A stretch of 64,000 bases of DNA, taken from contig JAUVAS010000006.1 of NCBI GenBank assembly GCA_030591585.1, positions 1,714-65,713 of the forward strand, written 5' to 3'. Positions 1-9,691 of the stretch are shown piece by piece. This DNA comes from Flavobacterium sp. (lineage in GTDB: Bacteria > Bacteroidota > Bacteroidia > Flavobacteriales > Flavobacteriaceae). The position numbers and the translations under genes were made by a program. The notes under the pieces were generated by a model. The model ran no database searches, was not told the DNA's origin, and saw only the letters and a program-made list of their open reading frames with translations. Each line of letters begins with the position of its first letter. Positions within the stretch are counted from its first letter, which is position 1.

Positions 1-1
1 T

Positions 2-694
2 TTAGAAACAGCAGAAAAGAAACTGGAGAAAGTAAAACGTGCTGCAAGAACTGGCGATAAAGAAGCTCAAAAAGAAGAAACTGCTATTCAAAAAGTGGTT
101 ACAGGATTAGAAGCAAGTATTTCGGTACGAGCTATAGATCTTACTGAAAGAGAGCGTGAGGAATATATCAATCAGATTCAGTTTATCACAGATAAGCCTG
201 TGTTATATGTTTGTAATGTAGATGACGAATCTGCTGCAACCGGAAATGAATATGTTGATAAAGTAAAAGAAGCAGTTAAGAACGAAGATGCTGAAGTAAT
301 TGTATTAGCAGTTGGTACAGAAGCTGATATTAACGAATTAGAAGAGTATGAGGAGCGTCAGATGTTTTTAGAAGACCTTGGGTTAAAAGAACCAGGATCC
401 GCAAAATTAATCCGTTCCGCTTATAAATTATTAAATTTACAAACCTATTTTACTGCAGGTGTAAAGGAAGTTCGAGCTTGGACAATTCCTGTAGGTTCTA
501 CAGCACCTCAAGCTGCAGGAGTAATCCATACCGATTTTGAAAAAGGGTTTATTCGTGCAGAAGTAATTAAATACGATGACTTTGTAAGTTTCGGAAGTGA
601 AGCCAAAGTAAAAGAAGCAGGAAAACTTGCCGTAGAAGGGAAGGAATATATTGTGCAAGATGGCGATGTGATGCACTTTAGGTTTAATGTGTAA
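2..694 (+). CDS. ychF: Ribosome-binding ATPase YchF, C-terminal part (5' end outside window)
   Basis: Frame is open from the window edge; the ORF-track start at 95 is an internal GTG. The C-terminal block YFTAGVKEVRAWTIPVGSTAPQAAGVIHTDFEKGFIRAEV...DGDVMHFRFNV is the canonical YchF/OLA1 C-terminus. Confidence 0.9.
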   Translation, partial: LETAEKKLEKVKRAARTGDKEAQKEETAIQKVVTGLEASISVRAIDLTEREREEYINQIQFITDKPVLYVCNVDDESAATGNEYVDKVKEAVKNEDAEVIVLAVGTEADINELEEYEERQMFLEDLGLKEPGSAKLIRSAYKLLNLQTYFTAGVKEVRAWTIPVGSTAPQAAGVIHTDFEKGFIRAEVIKYDDFVSFGSEAKVKEAGKLAVEGKEYIVQDGDVMHFRFNV

Positions 695-727
695 CAAATT
701 CCTGCGCAGGCAGGAATCTCAAATTTG
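695..727 (+). repeat. REP-like palindromic element directly after the ychF stop; may also act as terminator
   Basis: caaattCCTGCgcagGCAGGaatctcaaatttg. Inner stem ttcctg/caggaa, outer arms caaatt/aaatttg. Contains the CAGGAATCT motif shared with other post-stop elements in this window. Confidence 0.5.
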
Positions 728-770
728 TTTAGTATAAAAATTCTAGATTTTTTTACAGTAATATTTTCAT

Positions 771-1286
771 TTAAAAAACAAAATAAGGTCCTTGTTGGTC
801 TAAATCAGATTCTGAATCGTAATTAGGATTATCTTTAAGTGGGTCATAATCTTCTTCTTGATATGAATCATATGAGGACATTTTATCAATTTGTTTTCTA
901 TTAAGCAATTCATATGATTCATCATTATTACTTTTATTAATATCTAACAAATAATATTTAAGAAACAATTCAATGTCATTTATCGATAAATCTTTGAAAA
1001 GGCTAGAGAAAATAGCATAATTACTACTTAAACCTTCTCCAAAATATAAAGGTTCACTTATTGGATACCAAATCCATTTAGATGCAAATTCACGTAATAT
1101 TTCTTCTGTATATTTAACCTCTTCATTAATTGAAAGGTCTTTCCTTACTATTTCTTCTTTATATTTATCGATTAAGTCAATATTATTATTAAAGTTAAAT
1201 TTAGAAGAAACCCCCATCCAATTCAATTTACCTTTAAATTTATTTATTAAAAAAATATTCCAACACATACCTTCATTAAAACTCAA
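771..1286 (-). CDS. Hypothetical protein with acidic, Tyr/Asp-rich C-terminal tail
   Basis: 171-codon ORF with a TTG start in the ORF track (first ATG at 1268). I recognise no family motif. The start is uncertain because the frame stays open upstream to an in-frame TAA at 1359-1361. Confidence 0.45.
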   Translation of the reverse strand: MSFNEGMCWNIFLINKFKGKLNWMGVSSKFNFNNNIDLIDKYKEEIVRKDLSINEEVKYTEEILREFASKWIWYPISEPLYFGEGLSSNYAIFSSLFKDLSINDIELFLKYYLLDINKSNNDESYELLNRKQIDKMSSYDSYQEEDYDPLKDNPNYDSESDLDQQGPYFVF

Positions 1287-1424
1287 ATAATTAAAATCTA
1301 ATTTATCTTGACATTTTAAAATAAAATTTTCTGTCCCATCAAATGTAGTAACTCCACTTTATTCTTTGTTCATAAAGTGCAGCGGTCTTATATCTTTTTT
1401 CAGAAACTAAATGATAATTATCCT

Positions 1425-1432
1425 TAAATTTG
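1425..1432 (+). promoter_or_regulatory. Candidate -7 promoter box for the nitroreductase gene
   Basis: TAAATTTG is an exact match to the Bacteroidota sigma-A -7 consensus TAnnTTTG. It ends 20 nt before ATG 1452. Confidence 0.45.
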
Positions 1433-1451
1433 TATTCCACAAAAAAAAGAT

Positions 1452-2090
1452 ATGGAAACAAATATCATAAATCAATTACAATGGCGATACGCCACCAAAA
1501 AGTTTGACGAAAACAAAAAACTTTCCCCAGAAAAGCTCAGTATCTTAAAAGAAGCATTTAATTTAACAGCAACATCTTATGGCTTGCAACCCGTTAAGAT
1601 GGTCGTAGTGAGCAACCCTAAAACCATTCAAGACTTAGTGCCCATGTCCTACAATCAAGCACAAATTGGGACTGCTTCTCATATTTTGGTATTGTGTACT
1701 GAAACGAATGTGGATACCGCTTTTATAAAAAACTATTTCGATTTAGTAGAGAAAACTAGAAATACACCTAGAGATGTGTTAAGCTCTTTTGAAGAGTTTT
1801 TAATAGACGACTTCTCTGAAAAAACACAAGAAGAAAAAGATATTTGGGGAGCGAAACAAACCTATTTAATAATGGGAAATTTACTCACCGTTTGTGCTAT
1901 TGAAGAAATTGATGCCTGCCCCATTGAAGGATTTGTGCCTAAACAGTATGACGAGTTTCTAAACTTTTCTGAAAAGGGTTTGCAATCTGTTTTGGTATTA
2001 GCAGTAGGCTATCGCGCTGAAGATGATATGTTTTCTGAAATGAAAAAAGTGAGACGTGAGCTAGAAGATATGGTGATTGAAATTAACTAG
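1452..2090 (+). CDS. NAD(P)H nitroreductase family protein
   Basis: 212 aa. N-terminal QWRYATKKF matches the nitroreductase R-x-S/T-x-R/K-x-F type motif. Size and overall pattern fit the nitroreductase fold family. Confidence 0.75.
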   Translation: METNIINQLQWRYATKKFDENKKLSPEKLSILKEAFNLTATSYGLQPVKMVVVSNPKTIQDLVPMSYNQAQIGTASHILVLCTETNVDTAFIKNYFDLVEKTRNTPRDVLSSFEEFLIDDFSEKTQEEKDIWGAKQTYLIMGNLLTVCAIEEIDACPIEGFVPKQYDEFLNFSEKGLQSVLVLAVGYRAEDDMFSEMKKVRRELEDMVIEIN

Positions 2091-2093
2091 TTT

Positions 2094-2128
2094 GTCATTC
2101 AGAACGAAGTTTGCGTAGCGAAGAATCT
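2094..2128 (+). repeat. REP-like post-stop element
   Basis: gtcattcagaacgaagtttgcgtagcgaagaatct begins 4 nt after the TAG stop. It shares gtcatt...acgaag with the element at 55581-55636 and the terminal GAAGAATCT with 20339-20347. Confidence 0.5.
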
Positions 2129-2146
2129 TATTTCAAACACAACACT

Positions 2147-2154
2147 TATCTTTG
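2147..2154 (+). promoter_or_regulatory. Candidate -7 promoter box for the DegT-family gene
   Basis: TATCTTTG matches TAnnTTTG and ends 42 nt before ATG 2196. Confidence 0.4.
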
Positions 2155-2195
2155 TTCTACATCTAATAAACAATAACAATAAACAATAGTACACT

Positions 2196-3389
2196 ATGCC
2201 TGGATTTGAAATATTTGGCGACGAAGAACGCAAACAAGTAAACGATGTTTTAGAAAGCGGAATTTTAATGCGTTATGGTTTCGACGGAATGCGAAATGGT
2301 CACTGGAAGGCAAAAGAATTTGAAACTTCCTTTGCTGAAAAAATGGGTACCGAATTTTGTCAGTTACTCTCAAGTGGGACTTCTGCATTAACTACAGCAT
2401 TGGCGTCAGCAGGTATTGGAGCAGGAGATGAGGTGATTATGCCTGTATTTACTTTTGTAGCGAGCTTTGAGTCTATTTTAGCCTTGGGAGCCATTCCTGT
2501 TTTAGTGGATATTGACGATACTCTTACCCTTGATCCAAAAGCAGTAGCAGCGGCAATTACTCCTAAAACAAAATGTGTGATGCCGGTACATATGTGTGGG
2601 TCTATGGCAGATTTAGATGCCTTGCAAACCATCTGTAGTAAACATAATTTATTGTTATTAGAAGATGCTTGTCAGGCGCTTGGCGGAACCTATAAAGGAA
2701 AACAATTAGGAAGTATTGGTGATTTAGGATGCTTTTCTTTCGATTTTGTAAAGACCATCACTTGTGGCGAAGGAGGTGCTGTTATTACTAATAACAAAGC
2801 CTATTATATCAATTCAGATCAATATCAGGATCACGGTCATGACCATGTTGGGACAGATCGTGGAGCAGAAACACACCCTAACATGGGCTATAACTTTCGT
2901 ATTTCTGAATTGCATGCCGCAGTAGGAATTGCACAACTGAATAAACTAGACCATATTTTAGCAATTCAGAAAAGAAATTATACCATGGTTAGAAATGCAT
3001 TAGAAACCATTGAAGGAGTCACTTTTAGAAGAGTACCAGAAGGGGGAGAAGAAAACTATTCGTTTGTAAGCTTCTTTTTACCTACCGAAGAATTAACAAA
3101 AAAGGCTATCAATGCTTTATCTGAAGCAGGAGTAGAGGCCAATTTTTATTGGTACACCAACAATTGGCATTATATAAATGGTTGGGAACACCTACGGAAT
3201 CTAAAATCTTTAGGAAGGGTAACTAATGAGGTTCGTAACCAATTAGAAAAACTGAATACTACTAATTTTTTAAAAAGCGATGCAGTGATGAGCCGTACCA
3301 TTTCTTCTTTAGTGAAAATTGGTTGGACGGAAGCTGAAGTTATAGAACGTGCTGAAAAGATGAAGAAAGCGATTAATTCTGTTTTATAA
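2196..3389 (+). CDS. DegT/DnrJ/EryC1/StrS family PLP-dependent aminotransferase
   Basis: SSGTSALTTALASAGIGAGDEVIMPVFTFVAS and FSFDFVKTITCGEGGAV (PLP-lysine context) are typical of sugar aminotransferases of this family. Confidence 0.8.
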   Translation: MPGFEIFGDEERKQVNDVLESGILMRYGFDGMRNGHWKAKEFETSFAEKMGTEFCQLLSSGTSALTTALASAGIGAGDEVIMPVFTFVASFESILALGAIPVLVDIDDTLTLDPKAVAAAITPKTKCVMPVHMCGSMADLDALQTICSKHNLLLLEDACQALGGTYKGKQLGSIGDLGCFSFDFVKTITCGEGGAVITNNKAYYINSDQYQDHGHDHVGTDRGAETHPNMGYNFRISELHAAVGIAQLNKLDHILAIQKRNYTMVRNALETIEGVTFRRVPEGGEENYSFVSFFLPTEELTKKAINALSEAGVEANFYWYTNNWHYINGWEHLRNLKSLGRVTNEVRNQLEKLNTTNFLKSDAVMSRTISSLVKIGWTEAEVIERAEKMKKAINSVL

Positions 3390-3395
3390 TAAGAA

Positions 3396-4547
3396 TTAAT
3401 AAGTCACATATTCAGTAATCTCTAAACCATAGCCAATCATCCCCACTCTTTTTTGAATGTTCTTAGAGTTTGAAACCAGTTTGATTTTATTAATTCCTAA
3501 ATCGTGAAGAATTTGTGCTCCAATTCCAAAATCTTTGGAGTCCATAACAATTCTAGGTGCTTTAGAAATTTCATTGCCGCTTTGAGACTCTTTTAACGCT
3601 TTTAATCTGGAGAGTAAATTTAATGACTGGCTTTGCTGATTGATAAATACAATAGCGCCTTTGCCATCTTCATTAAAGACCGAAAACATATCGTCTAATT
3701 TCTTGTCAGAATTATTGGTTAGCGTTCCTAATATGTCATTATTAATTAAAGTAGAATTTACCTTCACTAAAACAGCTTCATTTTCGCTCCAATGACCTTT
3801 GGTTAACGCAATATGAATTTGATTATTGGTCGTTTGTTGGTAAGCTCTCAATCTAAAACTTCCGTATTTAGTATTTAACTGAAAGTCTTCTTTTTTACTA
3901 ATTAACGAATCGTGCTCCATTCGGTAGGCAACTAAATCTTCAATAGAGATAAGTTTTAAATCGAATTTTTTAGCAACCTCCGCCAATTGAGGAAGACGTG
4001 CCATGGTGCCATCTTCGTTTAATATTTCAACTAAAATCCCAGCGGGCTGTAAACCAGCAAGCCTTGCTAAATCTATAGAGGCTTCGGTATGTCCTGTTCT
4101 ACGTAAAACACCGCCTTCTTTAGCGCGTAACGGGAAAATATGACCAGGACGGCCTAAGTCGTGAATTTTGGTATTCTTATCTACTAATGCTTTAATTGTT
4201 TTTGCACGATCGTGTACAGATATTCCTGTAGTACACCCATTTCCAATTAAATCTACCGAAACGGTAAACTGTGTATTATGTAGCACAGTATTGTTTTTCA
4301 CCATCATATTTAAGCCCAAATCTTCGCAACGTTCTTCGGTAAGTGGTGCGCAAATAAGTCCTCGACCATGAGTGGCCATAAAGTTGATCATTTCGGGAGT
4401 TGCCATTTCGGCAGCTGCAATAAAATCGCCTTCATTTTCGCGGTTTTCATCATCTACTACAATAATTACCTTCCCATTTTTGATGTCCTCAATGGCTTCT
4501 TCAATGGTGTTTAGTTGTATAGAAGTGTTATTTTGTGTAGTTGTCAT
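3396..4547 (-). CDS. ribB: 3,4-dihydroxy-2-butanone-4-phosphate synthase (RibB) fused to a degenerate GTP cyclohydrolase II-like domain
   Basis: N-terminal half has DENRENEGDFI, GRGLICAP and RTGHTEASIDLARLAG (DHBP synthase). The C-terminal half aligns to RibA, but the zinc-ligand Cys positions read KVNSTLINNDILGTLTNNSD instead of RVHSECLTGD..LRCDCG. Confidence 0.85.
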   Translation of the reverse strand: MTTTQNNTSIQLNTIEEAIEDIKNGKVIIVVDDENRENEGDFIAAAEMATPEMINFMATHGRGLICAPLTEERCEDLGLNMMVKNNTVLHNTQFTVSVDLIGNGCTTGISVHDRAKTIKALVDKNTKIHDLGRPGHIFPLRAKEGGVLRRTGHTEASIDLARLAGLQPAGILVEILNEDGTMARLPQLAEVAKKFDLKLISIEDLVAYRMEHDSLISKKEDFQLNTKYGSFRLRAYQQTTNNQIHIALTKGHWSENEAVLVKVNSTLINNDILGTLTNNSDKKLDDMFSVFNEDGKGAIVFINQQSQSLNLLSRLKALKESQSGNEISKAPRIVMDSKDFGIGAQILHDLGINKIKLVSNSKNIQKRVGMIGYGLEITEYVTY

Positions 4548-4593
4548 AGCAATATATTATTGGTGCGAAGATAATTAAAGTTTAAAAGGTAAT

Positions 4594-6618
4594 TTACCTT
4601 ATTATTTCTAATTCTTCCCTCATTTTCTTTTTAAAATAATAGTGTAATAATACATAAAGTAATGGTCCAAATATTACTAAAATGAGCGTTAGTCCTAATT
4701 CTCTTTTCTTACCTATTTTTTTATAGAAATTATAATAATTTATAATTGCTTTTATTACGAAAAAATAAAATAGTAAACTAGATAAAATCTTAATAAAGTA
4801 CAAGATGATAAAAATACTCTCAGAATTTTGATAATCTAAAACTTCAATTAGTATCATTAGTATAATAAGTGCTAATGAGGTAAAATAAAGAATCAATGCC
4901 GTCTTAGAATTTTTAGAAAATTCTTTATGTGATTTAGCAGCATTAGTATATTTTACATTTTCAAAATCGCCACTAACTTTTAATTGTTGCTCGTTATAAC
5001 CTAATTCTTTTAGTCTTTGTAATACGCCTATTTTAATGTCTTCAGAATAATTATACTGTCTATAATTCTTTAAAATATCTTTTAGCTGATCTTCCCTTTT
5101 AGCGAGTATAAATGCTTTCTCTTGTTGTGTTAATAAAACTTTATTTTCTTCAGTTTGAGTGTCCTCAGAATCTAATTTTGAAAACCATTTAAAACGCTGT
5201 ATAAAAGCACCCATATCTACAATACCTTGATCTGTTGTGGCACGATAGGTAAGCCATATACCAAGAGGAAGCATGATAATTGTACTCAACCAGGAAGCTA
5301 TAATGGGAGCTAGGGTTCCGTCTTCTGCACTATTTTTAGCAAAAATACCAATAAAGTGATAGGTTAAAAATATTAGGATAGCAACCACCATAGGCATTCC
5401 CATTCCTCCTTTTCTAATAATTGCACCCAATGGAGCGCCAACAAAAAATAAAATAATACAAGCAATTGGCAACACATATTTATCATGCAGAGCGGTTTCA
5501 AATTTATTTAACCGTTTGGTTTTTATAGCATATTCTTTCTTTTTAGAATCTAGGGATTGCAATGTGCTTTTAATATTGTTGAGGGCTAATTTTACAATAC
5601 TAACTTGGTTTTTTACATCAAAAAGGTGGAGAAGGGTATCGGTTGATTTGAACACCAATGTGTCATTTTTTTTATAGAAAACACTATTATTGTCTTTGTC
5701 ATGACGAAACTTAGCCATACCAGCTCTGTAATACATATTATTAGAAAAAGCAATCATTGAGTTTGTGAAACGTTGTGACTGGGAGTCGATTTCTGCTTTT
5801 AGTTCTTTAACATTGAACATGTTTTGATTGTTTAACTTATTTTCTTTGTCAACATCTTTATTGTTTAATTCGGTAAGGTCTATATTAATTGTGTACTCTT
5901 CAAAATAGCTTTTTACAAAGGGTTCTCTTTTTTGTTTTTTAGGGTCTTTTGTTTGTACTTCACTATAATAGTTTCCGTCTTTTAAAACCAAAGAAAGGGT
6001 ATTACTACCTTCTTTACTGGTCAACTCTCCATTATCTGCAATGATTACCGTATGGTTGCCTCTAATTCTTTTTGAGTCTTTTTGATGAATTACAATAGTG
6101 CTTAAAAATTGGTCATTATCACCACTTTTTTTGTCTACTTTAATATTGAAATCATCACCAATCTGACTAAATTGCCCCTCAGCAATTACCATAGAGGGTT
6201 TAAATTGTTGAATGTTTCGTCTAAGGTTTAACCATTTATATTCAGAATAAGGAATGACATTATTAGCGAAGAAAAACACCAAAACCCCTAATAATACTAT
6301 AAAAAATATCAGGCTTTTCATAGCTCTTTGAAGGGAGATTCCTGTAGATTTCATTGCTGCGAATTCATAGTTTTCAGAAAAACTCCCGAAAACCATCAAC
6401 GAAGTAACTAATATTGTAAGTGGTAATACTAAAGGGATTAGCCTTGGAGAAACATACCAAAGAAATTTTAATACAATGACAAGGTCTAGCCCTCTACCTG
6501 CCAATTCGGAAATATATAACCAGATACTCTGAAGTATGAAAATAAACATCAAAATTATAAATACACTAAAAAAAGTCTTTAGGTAAGTGGTTAAAATATA
6601 TTTGTCTAATACTTTCAT
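4594..6618 (-). CDS. LptF/LptG family permease with a long C-terminal extension
   Basis: The YjgP/YjgQ-type layout is present: N-terminal TM helices, a large periplasmic beta-jellyroll-like insert, then C-terminal TM helices ending near WLTYRATTDQG. About 200 further residues follow, with a charged linker and extra hydrophobic helices. Confidence 0.75.
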   Translation of the reverse strand: MKVLDKYILTTYLKTFFSVFIILMFIFILQSIWLYISELAGRGLDLVIVLKFLWYVSPRLIPLVLPLTILVTSLMVFGSFSENYEFAAMKSTGISLQRAMKSLIFFIVLLGVLVFFFANNVIPYSEYKWLNLRRNIQQFKPSMVIAEGQFSQIGDDFNIKVDKKSGDNDQFLSTIVIHQKDSKRIRGNHTVIIADNGELTSKEGSNTLSLVLKDGNYYSEVQTKDPKKQKREPFVKSYFEEYTINIDLTELNNKDVDKENKLNNQNMFNVKELKAEIDSQSQRFTNSMIAFSNNMYYRAGMAKFRHDKDNNSVFYKKNDTLVFKSTDTLLHLFDVKNQVSIVKLALNNIKSTLQSLDSKKKEYAIKTKRLNKFETALHDKYVLPIACIILFFVGAPLGAIIRKGGMGMPMVVAILIFLTYHFIGIFAKNSAEDGTLAPIIASWLSTIIMLPLGIWLTYRATTDQGIVDMGAFIQRFKWFSKLDSEDTQTEENKVLLTQQEKAFILAKREDQLKDILKNYRQYNYSEDIKIGVLQRLKELGYNEQQLKVSGDFENVKYTNAAKSHKEFSKNSKTALILYFTSLALIILMILIEVLDYQNSESIFIILYFIKILSSLLFYFFVIKAIINYYNFYKKIGKKRELGLTLILVIFGPLLYVLLHYYFKKKMREELEIIR

Positions 6619-6625
6619 GAGGAGA

Positions 6626-7276
6626 TTAGTCCAGCTTATTTATATAATAACCCTCTTCTTTATAGTTCTCTTCATCAAAATTAAATAGGATTTTTGAAAT
6701 GACTTGATTGGTTTTAAAAGAAGTTACCGTAATGGTGTATTGAGTCCCGTAAGAGTCTGTCTGAATCAATTTATAGATATGTTTTGTTTGCATATCTATG
6801 CCTAAAAGAATGTCTTTAATTTCGGCATTGTTGTCTATAGGAATTAATTTCACATACTGAATCTTTCTTCCTTTTACCGTCTGTACCACATCCATTTTAG
6901 TAGTATATCCATGTTCATAAAAGGTGAGTAATTTTGAAGCTGAAATATTACCATCTTCTTGCTCATTATAGGATGAAATGGTAACTTCTTCATCTTCAGG
7001 GTTAATAGTGTAGATAGTAGCTCCATCAAAAATACGGGTGATTCCCAGCATATTTAGCAGGTACTTTTCTCCTTGCATCGTGATGTCTCCTCGAGTATCT
7101 TGCTTAATGTTTTCCTTAGTATTACTTAAGGTGTATTTAAAATTTATGGCAATGTTATCGTAGCTTTTTACCTTGTTGGATACTTCGTTTAATAAAGTGG
7201 TTGCTTCTTGAGCTTGTGCTGTAATAACGGTTAAAAAGAGTAAACAGCTTATGGTGATTTTATAAATGTTAATCAT
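6626..7276 (-). CDS. LolA-like outer-membrane lipoprotein carrier protein
   Basis: Signal peptide (LLFLTVITAQAQE), about 215 aa. It overlaps the 3' end of ftsK by 8 nt, which is the conserved ftsK-lolA arrangement. The family call rests on context and size. Confidence 0.55.
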   Translation of the reverse strand: MINIYKITISCLLFLTVITAQAQEATTLLNEVSNKVKSYDNIAINFKYTLSNTKENIKQDTRGDITMQGEKYLLNMLGITRIFDGATIYTINPEDEEVTISSYNEQEDGNISASKLLTFYEHGYTTKMDVVQTVKGRKIQYVKLIPIDNNAEIKDILLGIDMQTKHIYKLIQTDSYGTQYTITVTSFKTNQVISKILFNFDEENYKEEGYYINKLD

Positions 7277-9620
7277 TTCCTTCGTTTTCTAAAAATTGAT
7301 TTAATGCTTCAAGTGTTGGAACGAGTACCTGTCTTGCTTTACTACCTTCAAAAGGACCTACAATTCCTGCAGCTTCTAATTGGTCAATAATTCTTCCAGC
7401 TCTATTATAGCCTAATTTTAATTTTCGTTGTAATAATGAAGTTGACCCTTGTTGTGCAATGACCAATACTTCTGCAGCATCCCTAAAGAGCTTGTCGCGT
7501 TCGTTTATGTCATTATCAAGAGCTGTGCCACCTTCTTCACTAACGTATTCTGGTAATAAATATGCATCTGGATACGCTCTTTGCGACCCAATAAAATCTG
7601 TAATGTCTGCTACTTCTGGGGTATCTACAAAAGCACATTGTATTCTTATTAATTCATTTCCTTGCGTGTACAACATATCTCCACGTCCAATTAATTGATC
7701 GGCCCCTGAGCTATCTAAAATAGTACGAGAATCGATTTTACTAGTTACTCTAAAAGCAGCTCTTGCTGGAAAATTTGCTTTAATAATTCCTGTAATTACA
7801 TTAACAGAAGGCCTCTGGGTTGCGACAATTAAATGAATACCAATAGCACGTGCTAACTGAGCCATACGAGCAATAGGAGTTTCTACTTCTTTGCCTGCCG
7901 TCATAATCAAATCTGCAAACTCATCAATTACCAATACGATGTAGGGTAAGAATCGGTGGCCATCATTCGGATTTAATTTCCGGGCTTTAAACTTGGTATT
8001 ATATTCTTTGATGTTACGTACCATTGCATCTTTCAGTAAGTCGTAACGTGTGTCCATTTCAATACACATAGAGTTGAGTGTATTTACAACTTTGGTGGTG
8101 TCGGTGATGATGGCTTCTTCAGAATCTGGCAACTTTGCTAAGTAATGACGCTCTATTTTATTAAATAATGTAAGCTCTACTTTTTTAGGATCTACTAGAA
8201 CAAACTTTACTTCGGCAGGATGTTTTTTATAAAGTAACGAAGTAAGAATTGCATTTAAACCCACAGATTTTCCTTGTCCTGTAGCACCCGCCATAAGGAG
8301 GTGAGGCATCTTAGCTAAATCTACTACAAAAGTTTCGTTACTAATGGTTTTTCCGAAAGCAATTGGAAGTTCCATTTCTGCATTCTGAAATTTTGGTGAA
8401 GCAATTACAGAACGCATAGATACGATACTCGGGTTTTTATTTGGCACTTCAATACCAATAGTTCCACGACCTGGGATAGGAGCAATAATACGAATTCCCA
8501 ATGCTGAAAGTGATAATGCAATGTCGTCTTCTAGGTTTTTAATTTTTGAAATTCGAATACCTGCTTCGGGAACAATTTCATACAGTGTTACCGTTGGACC
8601 AACCGTAGCTTTAATAGTTGCAATCCCAATTTTATAATTGTTAAGTGTGCTTACAATTTTGTTTTTATTTTCTTCAAGCTCTTCTTGGTTAATGGTAATT
8701 CCTGTATTACTAGCATAATCATTAAGCAAATCGATTGTTGGAAATTTGTATTTACTGAGTTCTAACGTTGGATCAAACTCACCATATTTACTTACTATTT
8801 TGTCACTAAGGTTTTTCTCCACAACTTCCTCTTCAACGGCTTGTTTAATTTCCATGGTAACTTCTTCTTCAGGAGGAGAAATTTGTTTTTCTTTTTTCAA
8901 AGTTATTTCTTCTAAAGGAGGAAAAGAGTCTGTGTTTCTTTCTTCTGAAGGCTTAGAAAGGTCAATCTCGGGTGAAGTTTCTTCATTTATAGGGGTTTCA
9001 TCTGAAACAAAATCTGCAGCAATATCTTTTTTGGTTCTTTTAAAAGATGCACCTACTTTGTCTGGTGTAATGTTTAAGCGGATAACGAAATAAACAATTA
9101 GTAAAAAAACCATTACTAAAATAGTACCAATAAAGCCTAAATAATCCTGAAGTAAATCGTTGATTTCATAGCCAATAGTCCCGCTATATAGTTTGTTGAT
9201 GGAAGAAAAGAAAGCAAAAAATACTGAAACCCAAATCATAACCAAACAGCCCCAAAACCAAAACTTAAAAAGTTGCCTTTTAGTAAAGTCAAAAAAGTAA
9301 TAAACTCCAGTTAGGGTTAATAAAAACGCAAAAATTAAAGAGGAGATTCCAAAGCCATTATAGATAAAAAAATGCCCTAAATGCGCACCAAATGTACTAA
9401 GCCAGTTATTAGATTCTAAATTTCGAGAGACACCTTCGGTAAGAATACTTTGATCTGCCTGCCAAGTAAAAACATAGGATACAAAAGAGAAAAGAAGGGC
9501 AATCCCAAATAAAATTAAAAAGCTACCCAATACTATTTTTTGTTGTTTGGATAACTTTAGACTAATTTTTTTGCGTGTCTTTATGGAAGACTTACCGTTG
9601 CTTTTCTTTTTTCTGGCCAT
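7269..9620 (-). CDS. ftsK: DNA translocase FtsK/SpoIIIE
   Basis: N-terminal TM helices, Walker A GATGQGKS, Walker B VLVIDEFADL, and a C-terminal gamma winged-helix (GSTSLLQRKLKLGYNRAGRIIDQLEAAGIVGP). Confidence 0.95.
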   Translation of the reverse strand: MARKKKSNGKSSIKTRKKISLKLSKQQKIVLGSFLILFGIALLFSFVSYVFTWQADQSILTEGVSRNLESNNWLSTFGAHLGHFFIYNGFGISSLIFAFLLTLTGVYYFFDFTKRQLFKFWFWGCLVMIWVSVFFAFFSSINKLYSGTIGYEINDLLQDYLGFIGTILVMVFLLIVYFVIRLNITPDKVGASFKRTKKDIAADFVSDETPINEETSPEIDLSKPSEERNTDSFPPLEEITLKKEKQISPPEEEVTMEIKQAVEEEVVEKNLSDKIVSKYGEFDPTLELSKYKFPTIDLLNDYASNTGITINQEELEENKNKIVSTLNNYKIGIATIKATVGPTVTLYEIVPEAGIRISKIKNLEDDIALSLSALGIRIIAPIPGRGTIGIEVPNKNPSIVSMRSVIASPKFQNAEMELPIAFGKTISNETFVVDLAKMPHLLMAGATGQGKSVGLNAILTSLLYKKHPAEVKFVLVDPKKVELTLFNKIERHYLAKLPDSEEAIITDTTKVVNTLNSMCIEMDTRYDLLKDAMVRNIKEYNTKFKARKLNPNDGHRFLPYIVLVIDEFADLIMTAGKEVETPIARMAQLARAIGIHLIVATQRPSVNVITGIIKANFPARAAFRVTSKIDSRTILDSSGADQLIGRGDMLYTQGNELIRIQCAFVDTPEVADITDFIGSQRAYPDAYLLPEYVSEEGGTALDNDINERDKLFRDAAEVLVIAQQGSTSLLQRKLKLGYNRAGRIIDQLEAAGIVGPFEGSKARQVLVPTLEALNQFLENEGND

Positions 9621-9642
9621 TAATTAGTGGGTTGTATTTCAA

Positions 9643-9650
9643 CAAAAATA
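9643..9650 (-). promoter_or_regulatory. Candidate -7 promoter box for ftsK
   Basis: The minus strand reads TATTTTTG (TAnnTTTG), 23 nt upstream of ATG 9620. Confidence 0.4.
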
Positions 9651-9691
9651 CAAATATCAAACGGTACAAGCGATATATTATTTTTGTTTTA

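Noticed and set aside
4548-4593. FMN riboswitch upstream of ribB.
   Set aside because: Only 46 nt separate the ribB start from the upstream gene end, which is far too short for an RFN element, and the sequence is AT-rich without the conserved core.
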